Origin: a virus
DNA: 64,000 nt
Virus record (IMG/VR): IMGVR_UViG_3300032360_001735
Coordinates: 6,411 to 70,410 of that record
Strand: one strand, 5' to 3'
Part shown: positions 1 through 9,353 of the stretch, in pieces
Layout of the letters: each line of letters starts with the position of its first letter
Position numbering within the stretch: the stretch's first letter is position 1
Notes under the pieces: model-generated
The model's database searches: none
Seen by the model: only the letters and a program-made list of their open reading frames with translations
What the model was told of the DNA's origin: nothing
Translations under genes and position numbers: made by a program

Positions 1-672
1 AATAATATATTCTTCCCTTTCTGGAAGGCACGAAAGCATTTCTGATAAGACTTCAGCTTCCTCCTTCCGTTCTAATTGAAGCGATGGGCTAAAAGACTCT
101 ATATCGCACACCATTTCAATGAAAGGCAGCATCCCTTTTCCTTCGCCAGCCTCTACCGACGAGTCGAGTCTGAAAATTGGGGCAGTTATTTCAAATAATT
201 TTTCGACCTTGGCTACTGTCATGCCGAACTCTTTGGCTATCAGTTCGTTGCTTGGCACATCATCATGTTCTGCGATATATCGCCCCATGAACTTACGAAT
301 GTTCAAATATCTCTGCTTTAGGTAAACGGGGAGTCTAATTAGGCTGCTCTTATTGTTTAAGGCTCGTAGTATCTTTTGCCTAATCCAAAAAGAAGCATAA
401 GTTGAGAATTTTGCGCCCCTATTCGGGTCAAATTTTTCAGCAGCAACCATGAGTCCCATATTCCCCTCGTTTACCAAATCCTCGACTTCTACTCCAAGAT
501 TGGCGTAGTCTTTCGCCATTTTTATGACAAGGCGAATGTTTGATTCAATGAGCCGACATTTTGCGTCATCCTTCTCTTGCTCTGTTCCATTAAGGAGGGC
601 TTGACCCAACCGCTCCGCTTCACTTTGGTCGAGCATCGGGGGGAGGTTATTGAAGTCGCATTTGTCATTCAT
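1..672 (-). CDS. RNA polymerase sigma-70 family factor (RpoD/RpoS-like regions 2-3), runs off the left edge
   Basis: Not in the ORF track; manual translation from ATG at 672 gives MNDKCDFNNLPPMLDQSEAERLG...LIESNIRLVIKMAKDYANLGVEVEDLVNEGNMGLMVAAEKFDPNRGAKFSTYASFWIRQKILRAL...IRLPVY, the canonical region 2.1-2.4 motifs. Confidence 0.93.
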   Translation of the reverse strand, partial: MNDKCDFNNLPPMLDQSEAERLGQALLNGTEQEKDDAKCRLIESNIRLVIKMAKDYANLGVEVEDLVNEGNMGLMVAAEKFDPNRGAKFSTYASFWIRQKILRALNNKSSLIRLPVYLKQRYLNIRKFMGRYIAEHDDVPSNELIAKEFGMTVAKVEKLFEITAPIFRLDSSVEAGEGKGMLPFIEMVCDIESFSPSLQLERKEEAEVLSEMLSCLPEREEYII

Positions 673-864
673 CTTATAGTTCTCCAACCATATTTTTTAC
701 TTGCTTCTTGAACTCACGCAATTTCTTGGCTTGCTTCTCAAATTTGTATTTTTGGTAGTAGTTCGCCATGCGGTCACACTCACTCAAAAGACCATCTTTC
801 GTCCTTTTGTCTAGGTACTGCTTGCGTTCCTGTTTTTTATTTTGCATTTTTTATTAAAATTTAA

Positions 865-941
865 TGGTGGGCCTTGAGGGACTTGAACCCCCAACCTAGA
901 GATTATGAGTCCCTTGCTCTAACCAGTTGAGCTAAAGGCCC
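865..941 (-). tRNA. tRNA with CAT anticodon, most similar to tRNA-Ile2 (lysidine type); Met not excluded
   Basis: Reverse complement GGGCCTTTAGCTCAACTGGTTAGAGCAAGGGACTCATAATCTCTAGGTTGGGGGTTCAAGTCCCTCAAGGCCCACCA folds as a cloverleaf with encoded CCA. Confidence 0.93.
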
Positions 942-1129
942 AAATTCGCTAGTTTCACCTCGACTTCTTCTAGTGTTTCTTTTACGTCGATATACTGGTC
1001 GCCAAAGTGAACCTCGACATAAGCATCTCCGTAGGCACTTTGAGTTTCTTTAGCAAAATTTACATTGTCCCAATTCACCGTGACTTCTTTATTGCTGCCG
1101 TTATTGGCTGTTAGTGTTATATTTTTCAT
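932..1129 (-). CDS. small hypothetical phage protein (stop codon lies inside the tRNA 5' end)
   Basis: 65 aa ORF coupled to the upstream ORF by overlap at 1126-1129. Confidence 0.65.
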   Translation of the reverse strand: MKNITLTANNGSNKEVTVNWDNVNFAKETQSAYGDAYVEVHFGDQYIDVKETLEEVEVKLANLGL

Positions 1130-1377
1130 TCTAGTGATTTAACTGTTCCATCTTCGCCAATAATCAATCCACGATGTCGTTCTATCTCTGTAACATCAAT
1201 AATGTGGTCTTCAGCTTTCCTATTCCTGTTGTATTGGTCTACGAGTTCTTGCTCGTCCCGCTTTTGCCATTCTTCTTCAATAAAGCTAATGATGTCGCTA
1301 CGTCTATAAATAGCCCTATCATTTACAGCGTCCTTTAACCGTATGTAAACTTCTTCTAGTATTTCCTTGTCAGTCAT
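1126..1377 (-). CDS. hypothetical protein
   Basis: 83 aa acidic ORF in a co-oriented run. Confidence 0.65.
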   Translation of the reverse strand: MTDKEILEEVYIRLKDAVNDRAIYRRSDIISFIEEEWQKRDEQELVDQYNRNRKAEDHIIDVTEIERHRGLIIGEDGTVKSLE

Positions 1378-1388
1378 GGCTTAAAATT

Positions 1389-1422
1389 AAAGACTTGCCG
1401 CAGCGAAAGCCACGGCAAGTTT
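1389..1422 (-). terminator. putative intrinsic terminator hairpin
   Basis: ACTTGCCG...CGGCAAGT inverted repeat just downstream of the 1431..1703 ORF. Confidence 0.55.
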
Positions 1423-1430
1423 GAGTTGCG

Positions 1431-1703
1431 TTACTTATCCAAAGTCTGTGGGATAGTCTCGTCAACAGTGAGAGGGCTGGATGGGTTGCTTCTATCGACC
1501 TGCCGCGCATTATTTACGCTTGCTTGCGGCGATGGTGCGTTCTGCATACTGTCCAGTGTCTCTGACTGCGTTTTGTTCATGCTGTATGTTAGGTAGCCCG
1601 TGAAAGCAAAGTTTAAGGCAAGCAAAATAATCGCTGCTCGCGCATAAACGGTCTTTACTGTCGTTAGGGCTGGTTCGTTACTGTTTTCTGTTTCGTTACT
1701 CAT
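1431..1703 (-). CDS. single-pass membrane hypothetical protein
   Basis: Hydrophobic stretch AAIILLALNFAFTGYLTY; upstream TTGACT/TAACAT promoter-like sequence. Confidence 0.7.
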   Translation of the reverse strand: MSNETENSNEPALTTVKTVYARAAIILLALNFAFTGYLTYSMNKTQSETLDSMQNAPSPQASVNNARQVDRSNPSSPLTVDETIPQTLDK

Positions 1704-1754
1704 TCAAGTCCAATGTTACTATCGTTCTGCGATAAAGTCAATGCTTTTTCTTTG

Positions 1755-1768
1755 GTATATCGTCCACC
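1755..1768 (+). repeat. dispersed 14-mer GTATATCGTCCACC, copy 1
   Basis: Exact copies also at 21898, 29065 and 35900, all intergenic and in the same orientation. Confidence 0.85.
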
Positions 1769-1964
1769 TATAAACCTTTTTCATTTATTAAAAATTAAAA
1801 ATCATCTGAATCAGAGGGTTTCGTGAAAATTCGCGCATCCTCCGAATCATCGCGACAAGCATCACACATTAGAGTCTTCCCTCTTGGCAAATCGTGAACG
1901 TGTGTCAATTCGTGAACATGGAAACCACATTCGGGGCATTCGATTAAATCTGCAAAATACATGA

Positions 1965-2186
1965 TTACCACGCCCCTCCTGTACCACCGTCCTCTGGTTT
2001 AGCCCAGTATTTCTCCGTGGAAATGGTTGGGTTCTTGCCCCACCACTCCAGAAAATTCCCGACTGTACGGTAAACCCTTTCAGATACTTCATCGAGTGCC
2101 TGTTCGTCAGTCCACCAGCCTTCATGCGTGTCGCCGTGAATGTTCTTCATCTCTTGGACAAGTGCGTCTTTAATGCGTTTTTTCAT
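1965..2186 (-). CDS. hypothetical protein
   Basis: 73 aa ORF abutting the next ORF. Confidence 0.6.
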   Translation of the reverse strand: MKKRIKDALVQEMKNIHGDTHEGWWTDEQALDEVSERVYRTVGNFLEWWGKNPTISTEKYWAKPEDGGTGGAW

Positions 2187-2381
2187 TTAACATTCCTCCT
2201 TGCACTCGTAGTCTTTCTTCGTGACGCTCTTGTACGCTATGTTTCCAAGCGGCTCACTAAAGAGAAGGTTGTCGAGTTTTAGCGGCGGTAACGGCTTAAA
2301 CTCCTGTCTTGGTTCATTGTCGCATTGAGGGCATTTGCAGCCCACAAGCCACACCGATAGTATGATAATAATATATTTCAT
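2187..2381 (-). CDS. small putative lipoprotein
   Basis: MKYIIIILSVWLVGC signal plus lipobox; CxCxxC after the Cys. Confidence 0.6.
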   Translation of the reverse strand: MKYIIIILSVWLVGCKCPQCDNEPRQEFKPLPPLKLDNLLFSEPLGNIAYKSVTKKDYECKEEC

Positions 2382-2389
2382 TTACTGTT

Positions 2390-2605
2390 CTAACTGTGTC
2401 TATCTAAAAGTTTTTTTAATTTCCCCGCTTCTTCTGTTAAGTCCATTGTGTCTCCATCTTCTTTCTCAATCAAAGATAAAATAAGTAAATCATTCGGACT
2501 CAAACTGCCTGACCCTTGACCAAGCATCTTAAATCCCAAGTTGCTTTTGAGTCGCTTCTTTGCCCAATCATCTAGTTTGATTTTAACAATCATTAAATGT
2601 CCCAT
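2390..2605 (-). CDS. hypothetical protein
   Basis: 71 aa ORF in a co-oriented run. Confidence 0.55.
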   Translation of the reverse strand: MGHLMIVKIKLDDWAKKRLKSNLGFKMLGQGSGSLSPNDLLILSLIEKEDGDTMDLTEEAGKLKKLLDRHS

Positions 2606-2749
2606 TCGTCCAACGCTTCGGTTAACACTTGCTCCATAGTTTTACCATGCTCGTTTGCCTCCGCTGCTGCGTTTAACGCACTCCACATAACCTCCGCTTC
2701 AAGTTCGTATTCTTTTGCTGCGTCAAGGGTTTTGCGTACCAGTTCTAAA

Positions 2750-3931
2750 TTACTCATAGTCTCTAATTGCAATTACATAGGGGAAGCGAGGCACACCGTC
2801 AGGTGTGAGGTTAAAAAACTTAACCGTTGCTTCCACTCCTATTAAATCATCTGCATTATCTAGCAAATCTGCCAGATATTCAAACGAGCCTTTCACGTTG
2901 GAGTGAAATCCCTTGCCATGTTCATTTTCAAACTTGAAGTGTTTGATTGTTCCTGCACGGTTGCCCTTACCTTCTTCATACCCAAGGATAGTGTATTCTT
3001 TGTCCATGAACTCTTTGCGCTTGAGCAAAGTGGGTGAGCGTTTGTTCTCGTAAGGCCCGTCAATGCGTACCATTTGCCCCTCGTATCCCGCCTCCATGTA
3101 ATCTTCGTAGCAACGGTCTAGTTGCTCTCTACCGTGGATTTCAGTAGTCTCTACTATCACAAGATGGTCAGTTTCATCCAACCCCAAGTTGGCGTACTGT
3201 GCGTCCAACACGGAAGTTCTGTCGGAAAACAAATCCTTTTCTGTATAGCATCCACCTTTGCGGAATGGGTTGTCCTTACCTATTACTGGCGCATCATAAA
3301 TCCAATACTGAATCATTTCCCTGCTATCATCCAAGTGTTCTTGGGTAAGGTTCTGCTTGCGAACAAGGTGAATAATTTTGTTGAAATCGTTTTTGTAGTC
3401 ATGGTTATATAACTCACCGTCAAGAACAGCATTAGGATACTTTTCAAACAAAGGTTCTAACGCTTCATGGATGTGGGGTACGGCGGTAATCTCTTTGCCA
3501 GTACGGGTAAACAACCCCTCGCGCATGGCAATACAACGTATGCCGTCCAGCTTGGGTTGAGAGAATACGGCAGCACCCACTCCCGATTCATCAATTTCAC
3601 CCATTACCTCCTTCTCGCGGAGCTTGTTCTTGAAATCCTGTGCGAGCATCGGTTCGTAGAACCTCTTTTTGTCAATGTTCTCCACGTTCAAATGGTATCC
3701 GCTTTCCAGCTTTTTGTCATGCTTGGCTATGGCTTCTTTAATTGCCTGTTCGTCGCCAGTAGTCGCATTTGCGCGGCCAACATTTTTTGGCTTACAGGTT
3801 GTCCACTTGTTCTGAATCTTTTTACCATCCTGCTGACCAGAGATGGTGCGATATTTGTCACCATCGGTGATAATCTGCCAAGTTTGTGTTTTGCCTATCG
3901 TGGTTTTTTTATATAGTGTCGGTAGTTTCAT
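2750..3931 (-). CDS. lig: ATP-dependent DNA ligase (phage type)
   Basis: Motif I QPKLDGIRC, LDGELY, GYEGQMVR, LLKRKEF, OB-fold end TPDGVPRFPY. Confidence 0.95.
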   Translation of the reverse strand: MKLPTLYKKTTIGKTQTWQIITDGDKYRTISGQQDGKKIQNKWTTCKPKNVGRANATTGDEQAIKEAIAKHDKKLESGYHLNVENIDKKRFYEPMLAQDFKNKLREKEVMGEIDESGVGAAVFSQPKLDGIRCIAMREGLFTRTGKEITAVPHIHEALEPLFEKYPNAVLDGELYNHDYKNDFNKIIHLVRKQNLTQEHLDDSREMIQYWIYDAPVIGKDNPFRKGGCYTEKDLFSDRTSVLDAQYANLGLDETDHLVIVETTEIHGREQLDRCYEDYMEAGYEGQMVRIDGPYENKRSPTLLKRKEFMDKEYTILGYEEGKGNRAGTIKHFKFENEHGKGFHSNVKGSFEYLADLLDNADDLIGVEATVKFFNLTPDGVPRFPYVIAIRDYE

Positions 3932-3934
3932 AAA

Positions 3935-4147
3935 TTAGTCCATGTGGTTGTCTCTGTGGGGGTATTTCCTCATTTCTTCCGTCAAACTTTCGTGTGTCGG
4001 TAGCTTCCCCGCTATTTCGGGACGGTGCGTTTCAATCATATCTATGATGTCTTGGCAACGGTCAAAGTATTGGTCTATGGTATAAGGATGGTCGGTTGCA
4101 TCGGGGCATCTATCGTAGATTGCTTTAATCAGTTCGTAATTTCTCAT
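3935..4147 (-). CDS. hypothetical protein
   Basis: 70 aa ORF in a tightly packed minus-strand run. Confidence 0.6.
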   Translation of the reverse strand: MRNYELIKAIYDRCPDATDHPYTIDQYFDRCQDIIDMIETHRPEIAGKLPTHESLTEEMRKYPHRDNHMD

Positions 4148-4397
4148 TCTTTTCCTCCAATGTTTTGGTTAATCTGTCAACTTTTTCCTTGTTGCTCTGC
4201 CCTATCAAATAAAGCTGCCTGTTATATATCCTCTGCGAGTCTTCGACCAGCTTTTCCAAGTCTTTGTATTCCGAGTATGTGTAGAGCATCATTAGTGCAA
4301 ACGCTATTACCGTACTCCAGTAATATATCCTGCCTTTGCTCATTCTAGTATCTTTCCTCCATGTAATCATCTTCGGTATAATTTCCTGTATCTTCAA
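4125..4397 (-). CDS. membrane-anchored coiled-coil hypothetical protein (true start probably MSKGR)
   Basis: TM segment WSTVIAFALMMLY followed by a helical region. Confidence 0.55.
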   Translation of the reverse strand: MKIQEIIPKMITWRKDTRMSKGRIYYWSTVIAFALMMLYTYSEYKDLEKLVEDSQRIYNRQLYLIGQSNKEKVDRLTKTLEEKNEKLRTD

Positions 4398-4536
4398 ATT
4401 GAGTTAGGAGAAACTCTACCTCTTTAATAGCTTCCATCTCCACATCTTCGCATTCGGGCAAATGCTCCTGCCCCTCCATAGCTCGCAGTTCTCTCGCCAT
4501 ATTCAATACTATTTCTAACGCTTGTCCTGTTATCAT
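4345..4536 (-). CDS. hypothetical protein
   Basis: 63 aa acidic ORF. Confidence 0.55.
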   Translation of the reverse strand: MITGQALEIVLNMARELRAMEGQEHLPECEDVEMEAIKEVEFLLTQFEDTGNYTEDDYMEERY

Positions 4537-4537
4537 T

Positions 4538-4735
4538 TTATTTTTTTATAAAATCAAACTCCATAATCAAAGACAATTCACTTACAGGAACAGTAAACCA
4601 ATGCCTATTCGTTTCGTTAACGGTTACTATAACCGCTTTGTCTGCCGAGCCAACGGGGTATCGAACAAACCGATACTCTCTCTTTCTCCACATCACGGGG
4701 TCATTTGCTTTTAGTTCTTCCATTTTATCCTCCAA
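4538..4735 (-). CDS. hypothetical protein
   Basis: 65 aa ORF coupled with its neighbours. Confidence 0.55.
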   Translation of the reverse strand: MEDKMEELKANDPVMWRKREYRFVRYPVGSADKAVIVTVNETNRHWFTVPVSELSLIMEFDFIKK

Positions 4736-4934
4736 TTCCGTAGTCGCATCCTGTCGGTGCTTTTTTTGGCCCTAATTCATAAGGCTTCGCGTCTAGTATC
4801 GTGCCATTCATTGAGTGGGTTCGTGCTTCGTAGCCTTTTACTGCTGCGTTTTTGTTTTGGAATTTACCTCTGGTGAGTTCCCAACGCTCAACGCCATCGT
4901 GGGCGTACTTAATTTTTATCCAGTATTGTTTCAT
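4725..4934 (-). CDS. hypothetical protein
   Basis: 69 aa ORF coupled with its neighbours. Confidence 0.55.
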   Translation of the reverse strand: MKQYWIKIKYAHDGVERWELTRGKFQNKNAAVKGYEARTHSMNGTILDAKPYELGPKKAPTGCDYGIGG

Positions 4935-5215
4935 TTAATCCTCCAATTTCTTAAAGTTGTTTACTACGATTTCACAAAGCTCATCCAACATTTCATCGCG
5001 GGGTACTATGCTCGCGCAACAGGTATCATAATCCAAATAACTCCTAATATCCTCTTGAATTTGTTCTCTTACTTCTTCTTTGGTCATTTTTTAATTTAAT
5101 TTTTAATATACCAATCTAAATAAGCCTCCCAGCCCAACCCTATTGCTGTCACAACAATAGCACAAACAATTAAGGTTCCGACAATAAACATAGTTCCGTC
5201 TGGTTCTCTCATAAT

Positions 5216-5965
5216 TTAATCCTCCAATACATAGCTCCAGTAGCGGCTATCTGTTTGTTCTTGTTTTCTGTCCCACAAGATTGCACGGGCAATCGTTGAC
5301 GGCACATTCCACATAGCGCACATACCCAGCCAGTAGTCTTCAATTTCCTTATAGCGACGAGCATCTTTAGTCTGACTTAAACCATAGGCTTGAAACAAAT
5401 GGGTATCCATACAGGTTACTTTCGCTTCGTTGGGATAAATCATTTCAAGACCAAACGACACTTTGGCAACCCCAAGTCCAAGTATGTTTTTCACAAGTCT
5501 GTCGCGGAATGTTTGCCAGTTGCCTCCTTGGTACTTATACCAATCGGGGTCACTCCAAAATTTGTGGGCGAACTGCGAGACAAATCTTGTACGATTTTTA
5601 TGCAAGCCTACTCGACTCTCAACGAGTAGTCGTTCAAGCTCATCATCGCGGTTCACCCATTTAGTCCAATCCTTAACGGCTTCGTAGCCTCTCACGTTGG
5701 ATTCCCAACTGGTATGGACGGACATAAATGCAAAAAGCCAACGCTGGAACACCTCCGTGTCGTTCTTGGGTTTTATGCTTTCCCAGTAAGTCTTATACCG
5801 TTCAACTTCCTCCGCATCGAATGAGTTGAACAGGGCATCAACCTTGGCGAAATCTACGTCATTGCGAATCTTTGTGGGTTTCCAATCGTTGTCCCACAAG
5901 GAGAATTGGTGCTGACCCGTTTTTTTGACTTGCGGGGTTCCTATAAAGTCGAGTTGTGCTTGCAT
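5216..5965 (-). CDS. HhH-superfamily DNA glycosylase/AP-lyase-like protein (OGG2-like)
   Basis: RDRLVKNILGLGVAKVSF...CMDTHL resembles the HhH motif and DxH of thermostable 8-oxoG glycosylases. Confidence 0.6.
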   Translation of the reverse strand: MQAQLDFIGTPQVKKTGQHQFSLWDNDWKPTKIRNDVDFAKVDALFNSFDAEEVERYKTYWESIKPKNDTEVFQRWLFAFMSVHTSWESNVRGYEAVKDWTKWVNRDDELERLLVESRVGLHKNRTRFVSQFAHKFWSDPDWYKYQGGNWQTFRDRLVKNILGLGVAKVSFGLEMIYPNEAKVTCMDTHLFQAYGLSQTKDARRYKEIEDYWLGMCAMWNVPSTIARAILWDRKQEQTDSRYWSYVLED

Positions 5966-5992
5966 ACTCCTATATTAAAGGAGTTCTAAACT

Positions 5993-6445
5993 TCAGTCAA
6001 GCATTATTTTGCGTAATTCTATTTTATAATAATTAAAAATCTCCCTAGCTTGAACATCTCTTTCGTATTCTTCGGAATAAACCACAAGTGGAATCCCATA
6101 GGCTGCTATCATTGTCGCGCAATAGGAGCAGGGTAATAATGTAACAGCAATAAGTTTAGCTTCCCCCTTCTTGAACAGCGACATACAGTTAGCCTCGGCA
6201 TGAATCATATATTTGCGTCTGTTATCTCTGTCAGACCAAAAATCTTCGGTTGGCTCCGCACCTGACGCTAGACCATTGTAACCAAGACCGAGAACCATGT
6301 TCTCTTTATTTAGGGCGCAAGCTCCGACCTTCATGTACGGGTCTTGGCTGCGTAACGAGGCGGCTTTAGCTATGGTTAGAGCGTATTCTTCCCAAGATAA
6401 TCTAGTGTGTGGGGATTGAGTTGAGTTCTCTTTCATACAATACAT
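5993..6445 (-). CDS. dCMP deaminase
   Basis: RSQDPYMKVGAC, GYNG, HAEAN and PCSYC zinc motifs. Confidence 0.93.
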   Translation of the reverse strand: MYCMKENSTQSPHTRLSWEEYALTIAKAASLRSQDPYMKVGACALNKENMVLGLGYNGLASGAEPTEDFWSDRDNRRKYMIHAEANCMSLFKKGEAKLIAVTLLPCSYCATMIAAYGIPLVVYSEEYERDVQAREIFNYYKIELRKIMLD

Positions 6446-6947
6446 AGTTTAGGGGATATTGAGAACCGTAGCGTTTTTTTCTTGCTTTAACTATGTTTTC
6501 TTTTGTCTCCCAGCCAAAAAGATGCACTTCTTTTGGCTTTTTTTTGTCATAGCAAACACCCAAATAAACGTCCACGTTTTTCATCTTCTCAAGGTCTTTC
6601 TTCATTTCGCATGGAACTTTCAGATGTGGGTCTTTCATAACCATCCCGCTCCCGTGGTCGATGAATGATTTTACGTCAACTTTACCACCCAACGCATCTA
6701 TTACCATGTCGTAGCCATCATCGCCATGCTTATCGAAAATCCTTTCGTCTATTTGGACTCCGAAATACTTGGCTACGGCTATTTCTGCTATTAGCCCTGC
6801 TGCGTGTGACGCTTCCGAACTGCCAGCTTTGTCAGAAAGATGCGCGTGTCTGCCGCGCCCAAAGTATTTTTCTTTCTCGTTTCGTTTTTTTGCTATCTCT
6901 TTAGCTTTATTTATGTCTTCATCTGTGAGAGTTACTATTTGTCTCAT
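6402..6947 (-). CDS. PD-(D/E)XK restriction-endonuclease-fold protein
   Basis: GLIAEIAVAKYF...DGYD...VDVKS catalytic-like pattern. Confidence 0.55.
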   Translation of the reverse strand: MRQIVTLTDEDINKAKEIAKKRNEKEKYFGRGRHAHLSDKAGSSEASHAAGLIAEIAVAKYFGVQIDERIFDKHGDDGYDMVIDALGGKVDVKSFIDHGSGMVMKDPHLKVPCEMKKDLEKMKNVDVYLGVCYDKKKPKEVHLFGWETKENIVKARKKRYGSQYPLNYVLYERELNSIPTH

Positions 6948-7680
6948 GCGATTCTAGCCCTTCTAATATGGTTAATGTTTGGCTTGGCCCTGTCACTGGG
7001 AAAATCTCCCCATCGCCACAAAGCGCAATATCTTTGGCAATGTCGTAATCGTTTCCACCCTCTTGGGTTTTGTCTCCAAAAAACATCATCCTACCCCCTA
7101 TATTAGCACGAATATATTTGCTTGCAAGTGATTTGTTTTTTCCTTTCGGCTGTATGTCCATACTTATTTGCCCGCCTATCAGAATCTCTATATTTGGGTA
7201 CTCGCCGCTCAAATGGGCCGCTATTTTTTTTCTCTCACCATGCTCCTTATCCCACTCAAAGTAGGCTTTCCTTTCTTCCATATTTGAATCCCTACCCGCT
7301 ACGGAAAAATTTACCATCCCCGTTCTCTGTTCTAAATAGTTATTTTTCTTAACGGGATATGGAGAACCCATTTGAAAGTTGCATAAATCTGAAATAAGCT
7401 CGATAGGCGGCTTCCACTCGTTTCGGTAAATCAATTCCCTCTTACCGTTGATGACCCAAAACTCATTAGCCATGCTGCAAAAAATACCCTCTAGCCTTTT
7501 GAGTATGCTATTTGGTATTTGGTGTTCTACCTTTTCAATTCCACTACCAGCAACTATATAGACATCCTTTTCATCCATCCAAGAAAGAAACGCCCACGCA
7601 TTACTTGAATCCATACGCTGTTGCGGGAGAGTCAGCGTCCCGTCCACATCGAATAAATAACTTATATTTTCTTCGCCCAT
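6919..7680 (-). CDS. HAD-IIB phosphomannomutase (eukaryotic PMM-like)
   Basis: FDVDGTLT, EQRTGMVNFSVAGR, IGGQISMDI, FFGDKTQEGGNDY. Confidence 0.85.
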   Translation of the reverse strand: MGEENISYLFDVDGTLTLPQQRMDSSNAWAFLSWMDEKDVYIVAGSGIEKVEHQIPNSILKRLEGIFCSMANEFWVINGKRELIYRNEWKPPIELISDLCNFQMGSPYPVKKNNYLEQRTGMVNFSVAGRDSNMEERKAYFEWDKEHGERKKIAAHLSGEYPNIEILIGGQISMDIQPKGKNKSLASKYIRANIGGRMMFFGDKTQEGGNDYDIAKDIALCGDGEIFPVTGPSQTLTILEGLESHETNSNSHR

Positions 7681-8021
7681 CCTCCAGCAACCATCATCTC
7701 GTTTATTATTTTACCTTCGTACTTGTCTGACCGAAAGTAGTACCCAGTGATGTGCAACTCTCCTATACATCTCCCATATTTGCCAACCCCATGAGAAATG
7801 AGCAAAAATTCATCCTTGTTCGCGGCGATTGCGTCTTCAAGTATCTTTTTAGCTATAAACCCTTTTTTCTTTTCTTCTTTATTTCTGGTGCGAATTTCGG
7901 GAGTATCTATGCCAGCGAGCCTAATGCGTTTTTTAACCCAAATATCGAACCCAAGGTCAACCATAGCATCAACGGTATCACCGTCGATTACTCTTACCAG
8001 ATTGCATTTATATTTGTACAT
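7662..8021 (-). CDS. thermonuclease (SNase-like)
   Basis: RVIDGDTVD...RIRLAGIDTPE...GKYGRC. Confidence 0.9.
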   Translation of the reverse strand: MYKYKCNLVRVIDGDTVDAMVDLGFDIWVKKRIRLAGIDTPEIRTRNKEEKKKGFIAKKILEDAIAANKDEFLLISHGVGKYGRCIGELHITGYYFRSDKYEGKIINEMMVAGGWAKKI

Positions 8022-8249
8022 TTAATTTATCCACTTAATATAGCCATAGACGTTCATCATCACCAAGACAAAGGACATTAACGCTGTGGGCCACGCCCTT
8101 TTCTCCACGCAATATAGTCCAACCAAGACGTTCCCGACAATCCACACGAGCCAACAATACTCGCTCATATTTGCGTTGAGGTAATATCCATACAATACCA
8201 AAAATGCGCCCAACCAGCCCAGAGCGTGATGTTCGTATAGTTGTTTCAT
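8022..8249 (-). CDS. small multi-pass membrane protein (PnuC/PQ-loop-like)
   Basis: Three hydrophobic helices in 75 aa. Confidence 0.6.
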   Translation of the reverse strand: MKQLYEHHALGWLGAFLVLYGYYLNANMSEYCWLVWIVGNVLVGLYCVEKRAWPTALMSFVLVMMNVYGYIKWIN

Positions 8250-8806
8250 GCAAGCCTCCTGCTTTCGTAACTAGCGGGGTAAAGCTCCTTCTCTAAAGAA
8301 TAACACGATTCTAACAAATCGTGGTCAACGCCTAAAAGGATTCTTATTTCTGCTAGTTCATGGTCGTAAAACTGCTTGAAGGCCACTTTCGATAAATCTA
8401 CTTCGCATTTATTTCCAGCAGCAACGGCCAAGTTGAAAACAAACCTCTCCTCCTCTCCAAACTTATACCCCTTCGGGTACAGATATTTGGAGCAGAACAT
8501 AAAGAGATTCTTGCGGAGTCTAAACATTTTTTTCGTGCTGCCCATTGTATATCCTATTACAAACGCCTCATCTTTTACTAATAATCCTCGCCCCAAAAGA
8601 ACGTGTATGCAATCATGAGTAAATAAGTCTACGTTACCAGCAAAAAGCCCCACATCATAACGAGGGTTTTCCACTAATTGAATAACAAACGGAACTTCCT
8701 CCTGACGGAGCTTAAAGTTTTCCATCTCATTCAGACTCTCCTTGAGCGTCATTTTCTCACAACGCTCTATTTGGGGATGCCATCTTTCGGAATCCGTCAT
8801 GCACAC
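8246..8806 (-). CDS. Coq4-like HDxxH putative metalloprotein
   Basis: THDCIHVLLGRG...DEAFVIGYTMGS. Confidence 0.5.
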   Translation of the reverse strand: MCMTDSERWHPQIERCEKMTLKESLNEMENFKLRQEEVPFVIQLVENPRYDVGLFAGNVDLFTHDCIHVLLGRGLLVKDEAFVIGYTMGSTKKMFRLRKNLFMFCSKYLYPKGYKFGEEERFVFNLAVAAGNKCEVDLSKVAFKQFYDHELAEIRILLGVDHDLLESCYSLEKELYPASYESRRLA

Positions 8807-9324
8807 TCTATTTTACTCCAATCTGTTAATCCCTCACCCGTTTTACGATTAAATCCGTCTTGCTCCCACGTTACGGTTCTACCCGTGTCTCCATTGAACC
8901 AGTAATGAGCTACTTTTATTTCCACTTCTCTTTCTGGGTCTTTTCTGCTGACAAAATAAATATCATAAATAGAATCTACAAGATTAATGTCTTCTTTAGT
9001 CCTAACGTGACAATCAACAAAATCTGTGGCATCATCAAATTCGGCAAAATGTAGTTTGCCTCCGTCCATCCAACCAGCATAAGGCCATCCTTTATCCTCT
9101 TCAAAAGTCATGTATTCCCTCTGGTAAGCGAAGCTGCCTTTAATGTTCTGGCTAAATGTCCACTCGCCCTGCTGCCTCTCATAACAATAAACTCTGTAAT
9201 CCCAACGCTTCCACATGGACTCTTTCTCTGGCCCCTTCTCGTCGTCCTCATATTTGCAGGTAATTGCGATGGCGGGTATGACCGCTGCGGGTATTGACGC
9301 TTTAATGAACTCTCTCCTATTCAT
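8797..9324 (-). CDS. hypothetical protein with Tat-like N-terminus
   Basis: MNRREFIKAS twin-arginine-like start; TTGATT-N17-TATAAT promoter immediately upstream. Confidence 0.6.
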   Translation of the reverse strand: MNRREFIKASIPAAVIPAIAITCKYEDDEKGPEKESMWKRWDYRVYCYERQQGEWTFSQNIKGSFAYQREYMTFEEDKGWPYAGWMDGGKLHFAEFDDATDFVDCHVRTKEDINLVDSIYDIYFVSRKDPEREVEIKVAHYWFNGDTGRTVTWEQDGFNRKTGEGLTDWSKIECA

Positions 9325-9353
9325 AATCTATTATAGACTGTTATTTTTGAAAA

